A DNA stretch of 41,204 bases, from positions 1,499 through 42,702 of the forward strand of contig JBBIJQ010000011.1 in assembly GCA_037445915.1 (NCBI GenBank), in the 5' to 3' direction. Positions within the stretch are counted from its first letter, which is position 1, and every line of letters begins with the position of its first letter. Shown here piece by piece: positions 36,125 to 41,204 of this stretch. Source of the stretch: Planctomycetales bacterium. GTDB lineage: Bacteria; 4484-113. The notes under the pieces were generated by a model. The model had not been told where the DNA came from. It did not search any database and worked only from the letters and a program-made list of their open reading frames with translations. Both the position numbers and the translations under genes were made by a program.

Positions 36125-39100
36125 TTAGCTACCCCGGTATTGTTCCAGCCCCTTGAGGTAGGGCGGGGGCAATGTGATTATGACCGGCACTCGGTTGCTC
36201 TCGCTGCCGTTGACGACAATGTAGGCATCGCCGGTTGTAACTCCAGCGGGTACGATGAGCGTTATCTGCCGCTGATTCCAAAGGAGTATTTTCCAGCTTG
36301 GGACTTGGATGTTGTTGTGGAAATAAACGGCGCTTGCGCCCTGGGTGTTGCCAAAGCTCGTGCCGTAGAAGGTGAGAATCTTGTTCACATAAGCGCGGCC
36401 AGAAGAAAGCGAAGTGATGTTAGGCAAGGGAGTGAAATAAACGCCGTTGCTGGTAGCGGTTGAAGTCGTCACCTTCACCAGCCCTGGCAAAACCCCGTCC
36501 GGCACCTTCACCTTTATTTCGCGGTTGCCCCAGGAGACGATATCCGGCGCCAGCAGCCCGTCAAAGGTGACAAAGCTGCTCCCCTTCTCCGGCCGGAAAC
36601 CGCTGCCGCTTATGGTTACCACGCCGCCGACAAACTGGGCCGGAGGCGCGATGGAGGTCATTGCCGGCATGATGCTGAAGTTACTGGCAGAGGAGCGTGA
36701 TGCGCTGTTGCCGATGACTACGGAGATGGGGCCGTTGATTGCATCTTCGGGAACTTTGCAGTCCACGATGATACTAGTCCAGCCGGTGACTTCAGCCTCC
36801 ACCGGACCGGACACGCCAGTGAAATAAACCTTGTCAGCCACAGGCCTGTAAGCATCCCCGCCCAAGCCGAGGAAGTTGTTGCCGTTTATGCTAACCGCTG
36901 TCCCCGCCGCGGCGCTTAAGGGCCAGAAGGAGTTGATTTGGTGGTTGCGCACGATGACTGCAGCGCTGTCGCTGGCAGTCAGCGGAAACTCGTCATAGGC
37001 GGTCACGCGCAGCGTATTATCCCCGCCGTGCAGGTAGTTCGTGTTATAGGCAAACGAGTAAGGGGGCGTGTAGTCGGTGGCGAGATGGCTGTCGTTTACA
37101 TACAGCTCAACCTTACTTATCCCAACATCGTCAGATGCTGTTGCAGTGATAGTTGTTGTGCCGCTGACGATGTTTCCATCGTTGTGCGAAGTAAGGTCAA
37201 TGACCGGCGGCTGGGATGACTTCACAAGCTGAAAGTCGTCTATATACCAGCCGTAGTCGTTCATCGTGTTGTCGGACTCAAACAGGAATACAATCTGGAT
37301 TGACTTACCAAGGTAATCGTCAAGCAGCAGGCTAGCCTGCGCCCAGGCAAGTTGCAGGTACATATAGTTCGCAAGCGGGTAGTATTCGCCATCGCCTATA
37401 TTCACGCAGACATAGCCCTGGTCGTACTGGTCGGCGAAGTCGTGCTTATGGCGGAACTTCAGGCGCGCGTGGTCAATCCCCGACAGGTCAAACACTGGCG
37501 AAACCAACAGGTCGTATTCGCTCAGCCCGTAGCCAGTGCCTAATTCATCGCCCATGTGGAAGCTGTAAGCCCCGCTGAACTTGTCCAGCGAGGTCAAGTG
37601 CCAGTATTTAGGCCCGCTTTCGTCCTTAATCCACCAGCCGTCAAGATCGCCCTCAAAGTCGTTGAAGTAGTTAGGGGTTAGCGATGAGTTGGAGACAGTC
37701 ACAGTCACGCTCGCCGCAGTTTGCTGCAATTGGTTGTCATAAGCGATGGCGAGCAGCTTGAAAGTTGTGTTTGGGTAGCGCGTTGTGTCCCAATCGTATG
37801 AATACGGCGCAGAAGCATCAATGCCCAACAGGTAATCGCCGGCGTAGAATATGACCTTAGCTATTGCCCCGTCAGAGTCGCCGGCATCAGCAGTTATAGT
37901 AACCGTGCCGCTTACTGTGCCGCCGTCTTCAGGGTTGGTGATGCTTACTGACGGCGCGCTCCCAAGGTTGAAGGTGCAGGCGGCGCCCACATCCAGCCTG
38001 CGGATTGTAGTGTTATTCCACTCTGCGGGGTTTAGCGCAGCGCCTGAGCCTTCCAGCACCGCGCGCACCTGCGCCTTGGAAAGGCTGGGGCGGGCGGACA
38101 TTATGAGCGCAGCCGCGCCTGAAACGTGCGGCGCGGACATGCTCGTCCCGTCCATCGTCCAATATGCGCTGCCGCTTATCCAGTAGGTTGACCAGATGGA
38201 GCGGCCGGGGGCTGCGATATCCACCCAGGGGCCATAGTTGGAGAAATCAGAGCGTTTGTCGTCGCCGTCGGTAGAGCCGACCGCCATCACTTCAGGATAG
38301 CCCGCGGGATACCAGGGCTTTGTCAGCGCCTTGTTGCCGGTGCAGGCGACGAGGACGACTCCGTTATCCCACGAATCGGCCAGCGCGTCGCCCATCGCGC
38401 GGGATTGCCAGCTTCCCATGAAGCTCATATTCGTGACATTTGCGCCCAGCTCCGTTGCCAACGTAATCCCTGCGATGGCGCGGGAGTAATAAAGCTGGGC
38501 ATCGGAGCCAAATATCTTGATGGGGATTATTTTCGCCCGGTAAGCGACGCCTACAACTCCTAGGCTATTGTCGCCTACGGCAGCGGCAGTTCCCGCGACG
38601 TGTGTCCCATGGCCATTGGAGTCATTGGGGATATTGTCGTTATCAACGAGGTCTAGCGTTTCGTTGGGCCAGTTGTCAGGCGGGTGAAGTATGTTCGCAG
38701 CAAGGTCTTCGTGGTCGGGGACGCTGCCGTTGTAGCGGATGCCTGAATCGATGACAGCAATCTTCTCGCCTTCGCCTGCGCCGTAATCCCACGCTATCTC
38801 GGCATTTATCTTCACCATTCCCCAAAGGTCGCCTGGATACCGCGGGTCGTTGGGGACGAACTGCAGTTCAAAGCGCCCGTCGTATTCGGCGTATTCAACA
38901 CACTGCGGGTATAGGCGCGGCAGCTCGTCAAGCAGCTTCGCAGCATCTTCCGCCGTGTCAGCTTGGAAGCACGCCCAGTTCACGTCGCGCACGTATGCTT
39001 CCTCGGCAAGCTCAACGCTATACTCTGACGCCAAGTAGCGCGCAAAAATCGCCGGACCTTGGTTTTGATAGAGCACAGAGCTGGGCAGGCTGTCTTTGCC

Positions 39101-39334
39101 GGTAGAGAAGCCGGACGGGGCGTTGGCGGCGCGGCGAAACTTCACTATGATGCGGTTAGGGTAGTAATCCAAGCCGGTTCCGGCTTGGGTTACCCGCGAG
39201 GAGGGCTGCGCCGGTTGAATTCCAACAGCACGGCCCTTGCCGCCACAGCTACAAAGCCCTGCTATCAGCACAAAGCTGATTGCGACAATGATGGCGACGG
39301 CTGCCTGAAGCCGCCTGTCTCCAGCGATATTCAT
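36125..39334 (-). CDS. Subtilisin-like S8 serine protease lipoprotein with Ig-like, beta-sandwich and IPT/TIG domains
   Basis: Triad IAVIDSG / HGTHVAG / GTSMSAP; lipobox-like LCSC; PSVSITNPEDGGTVSG-type Ig domain twice; start reassigned to ATG 39334. Confidence 0.93.
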   Translation of the reverse strand: MNIAGDRRLQAAVAIIVAISFVLIAGLCSCGGKGRAVGIQPAQPSSRVTQAGTGLDYYPNRIIVKFRRAANAPSGFSTGKDSLPSSVLYQNQGPAIFARYLASEYSVELAEEAYVRDVNWACFQADTAEDAAKLLDELPRLYPQCVEYAEYDGRFELQFVPNDPRYPGDLWGMVKINAEIAWDYGAGEGEKIAVIDSGIRYNGSVPDHEDLAANILHPPDNWPNETLDLVDNDNIPNDSNGHGTHVAGTAAAVGDNSLGVVGVAYRAKIIPIKIFGSDAQLYYSRAIAGITLATELGANVTNMSFMGSWQSRAMGDALADSWDNGVVLVACTGNKALTKPWYPAGYPEVMAVGSTDGDDKRSDFSNYGPWVDIAAPGRSIWSTYWISGSAYWTMDGTSMSAPHVSGAAALIMSARPSLSKAQVRAVLEGSGAALNPAEWNNTTIRRLDVGAACTFNLGSAPSVSITNPEDGGTVSGTVTITADAGDSDGAIAKVIFYAGDYLLGIDASAPYSYDWDTTRYPNTTFKLLAIAYDNQLQQTAASVTVTVSNSSLTPNYFNDFEGDLDGWWIKDESGPKYWHLTSLDKFSGAYSFHMGDELGTGYGLSEYDLLVSPVFDLSGIDHARLKFRHKHDFADQYDQGYVCVNIGDGEYYPLANYMYLQLAWAQASLLLDDYLGKSIQIVFLFESDNTMNDYGWYIDDFQLVKSSQPPVIDLTSHNDGNIVSGTTTITATASDDVGISKVELYVNDSHLATDYTPPYSFAYNTNYLHGGDNTLRVTAYDEFPLTASDSAAVIVRNHQINSFWPLSAAAGTAVSINGNNFLGLGGDAYRPVADKVYFTGVSGPVEAEVTGWTSIIVDCKVPEDAINGPISVVIGNSASRSSASNFSIMPAMTSIAPPAQFVGGVVTISGSGFRPEKGSSFVTFDGLLAPDIVSWGNREIKVKVPDGVLPGLVKVTTSTATSNGVYFTPLPNITSLSSGRAYVNKILTFYGTSFGNTQGASAVYFHNNIQVPSWKILLWNQRQITLIVPAGVTTGDAYIVVNGSESNRVPVIITLPPPYLKGLEQYRGS

Positions 39335-39811
39335 GCTCTCTAGATTATACCTTCGCTTAAGGCTTAATGTTCCTTGGCCCTTCATTCTTTTTGGCCGAAT
39401 GAAACCTGGGGGGAGAGGGGGGTTCCTGATGAAGTTGTCTTGGCAAGTATAGCCGCAGGCGTTGCTATTGGGAATCTCCTCAATCGACTCTATAAGCCCG
39501 ATTTCAACTGCATACCCCCTTTATGTTAAGGGGATGATGATCGAGCTGATATCTATATGAATACGAATAACTTATGGGTCGCAATTGATAAGCGTTCTTA
39601 ACTCACACAGGCATGATGGTTTTGTGTAGACGAGCGGTTTTAGGCGTTTGTTCCAAGTTTCAACGGCCTTTTTCGTGAAGCCTTCCTAGCTTCGGATACA
39701 AGCTCACTCTAGGTTAGCAAGCAACGTGGGCTAAGAAATGTTCCCTTCTTCCACTTGCCTAGCTCCGGCGGCATGGAACGGGCGTTCATGTCAACGCGCG
39801 GCCGGGGGCGG

Positions 39812-41098
39812 CTATATCTTAGGTGTGCGCGAGACGGTCTCGTCGTGGTCGGGCCCCAGCGACAGTATCTTGATAGGCACGCCAACCTCGCGCTCAATGA
39901 AGTCCACGAGATGTACAAGCTGTTTCGGCAGCTCGCTTTCGCTGCGCAAATCGCGCGTCGGGCCTTTCCAGCCGTCAAACGCCTCGTATATCGGCTCCAC
40001 CTGCGCCAGCTCGCGGTCGGAGACTTCTGTGATAGTGCGCACGCCACCGTTTTTCCTGTAGGCGCGCACGACCTTCACTTCCTCCAACCCGTCAAGCACG
40101 TCTATCTTCGTAAGCGCAAGCTCTGTGCAGCCGTGGATGCTAAGTGTGTAGCGCAGAAGTACCAAGTCAAGCCAGCCGCAGCGGCGAGGCCGGCCGGTGG
40201 TAGTGCCGTATTCCAGCCCGCGCTCTTGCATATGCACGCCAATGCAGTCTTTCAGCTCGCTGGGGAACGAGCCGTTGCCGACGCGGGTTGTGTAAGCCTT
40301 GGAGACTGCGATGATGCTGGTGATGTCGCGAGGGGTAATGCCGGTTCCCAGGCAGGCGCCGGCCGCGACGGTGTGCGAGCTTGTGCAGTATGGGTAAGTT
40401 CCGTAGTCAACATCAAGCAGCGCGCCCTGCGCCCCTTCGCAAAGCACCTTTTCGCCCCGTGATATCGCGCCGCGCACCGTTTCCATCGTGCTCGCCACGT
40501 AGGGCGCGAAAAACTCGCCTGCGCGCATGAGCTCGTCATAAAGCGCGGCATGGTCGTAGAATTTATCGCAGCCGTAAGCGCCTTTAATAAGCGCGTTCTT
40601 AAAGCTGACGACGCTTTCCAGCCTTGCGCGCAGGGTTTCAGGGTAAAGCAAGTCGCCGACTTGGATGCCCATCCGCGCCACCTTGTCGGAATAGCAGGGG
40701 CCGATGCCCTGCTTGGTCGTACCAACCGCGCCCTTGCCTAGCCGCAGTTCCTCCAGCTCGTCCTGGAGGATGTGGTAGGGCATGACAAGGTGAGCATGGC
40801 TTCCTATGCGGAGGTTGCCGCCCCAAAGGCCCTTGTCCTGGAGGATCTTGACCTCATCCATCAGCTTGCCATGGTTGATGACCATCCCGTCGCCCATCAA
40901 GCAGACGCTGCCGTGGTGGAGGATGGCGGATGGCAGGAGGTTAAAGCGGTAAGTCTCGCCGCCGGTAATAACCGTATGGCCGGCGTTGCTTCCGCCTTGA
41001 AAGCGCACTGTTAAGGCAAAGTTGGACCCAAGGTAATGGGTCAGCTTTCCTTTTCCCTCGTCGCCCCACTGGGCGCCGACGATAACAACAACTGTCAT
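39812..41098 (-). CDS. purA: Adenylosuccinate synthetase
   Basis: GAQWGDEGKGK, RFQGGSNAGHT, GTTKQGIGPCY, EGAQG..LDVDYGTYPY, EYGTTTGRPRRCGWLD; start ATG 41098 with GGAG. Confidence 0.98.
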   Translation of the reverse strand: MTVVVIVGAQWGDEGKGKLTHYLGSNFALTVRFQGGSNAGHTVITGGETYRFNLLPSAILHHGSVCLMGDGMVINHGKLMDEVKILQDKGLWGGNLRIGSHAHLVMPYHILQDELEELRLGKGAVGTTKQGIGPCYSDKVARMGIQVGDLLYPETLRARLESVVSFKNALIKGAYGCDKFYDHAALYDELMRAGEFFAPYVASTMETVRGAISRGEKVLCEGAQGALLDVDYGTYPYCTSSHTVAAGACLGTGITPRDITSIIAVSKAYTTRVGNGSFPSELKDCIGVHMQERGLEYGTTTGRPRRCGWLDLVLLRYTLSIHGCTELALTKIDVLDGLEEVKVVRAYRKNGGVRTITEVSDRELAQVEPIYEAFDGWKGPTRDLRSESELPKQLVHLVDFIEREVGVPIKILSLGPDHDETVSRTPKI

Positions 41099-41129
41099 TT
41101 CACTCCGTGTCCGGTGAGTTGAACATGCT

Positions 41130-41158
41130 ATTCTACGAATAGCGAAAAGCAGGGTCAA
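41130..41158 (-). promoter_or_regulatory. Sigma70-type promoter of purA
   Basis: TTGACC (41158-41153), 17 nt spacer, TAGAAT (41135-41130). Confidence 0.8.
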
Positions 41159-41159
41159 C

Positions 41160-41188
41160 TTGCCCTACGCGCCTGTTCCAAGTATAAT
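41160..41188 (+). promoter_or_regulatory. Divergent sigma70-type promoter for a gene beyond the window
   Basis: TTGCCC (41160-41165), 17 nt spacer, TATAAT (41183-41188). Confidence 0.65.
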
Positions 41189-41204
41189 CATCAAAATAAG
41201 TGCT

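Overview
41-kb window of a GC-rich diderm bacterium (waaA, many lipoproteins), probably from a poorly characterised lineage. It is mostly core genes (rsmD, hisC, metK, waaA, rimP-nusA-ylxR-infB, tRNA nucleotidyltransferase, purA, pduO-type, three tRNAs without encoded CCA) mixed with large secreted or lipid-anchored modular proteins (PKD/dockerin-like/beta-propeller, IPT/TIG, S8 protease, alpha/beta hydrolase). The strongest unusual signal is a 358-bp integrase-free cassette at tRNA-Ser(TGA): a small frameshifted GIY-YIG nuclease gene, a stack of GCC-N3-GGC mini-hairpins and a duplicated tRNA 3' end. A 19-nt hairpin module of the same architecture appears inserted in two unrelated stem-loops, the tRNA T-arm copy and a GTAG-type REP 12 kb away, which suggests a minimal GIY-YIG-linked mobile hairpin system (inference). 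Other points: a TPR lipoprotein with a GGRDDE(V) peptide repeat whose core differences are all synonymous, a NadE paralogue lacking substrate-site motifs, an ANT(2'')/Lnu-like nucleotidyltransferase directly after infB, many apparently leaderless genes, an IS481-like remnant and several pseudogenes. All family assignments come from reading motifs by eye; no searches were run.
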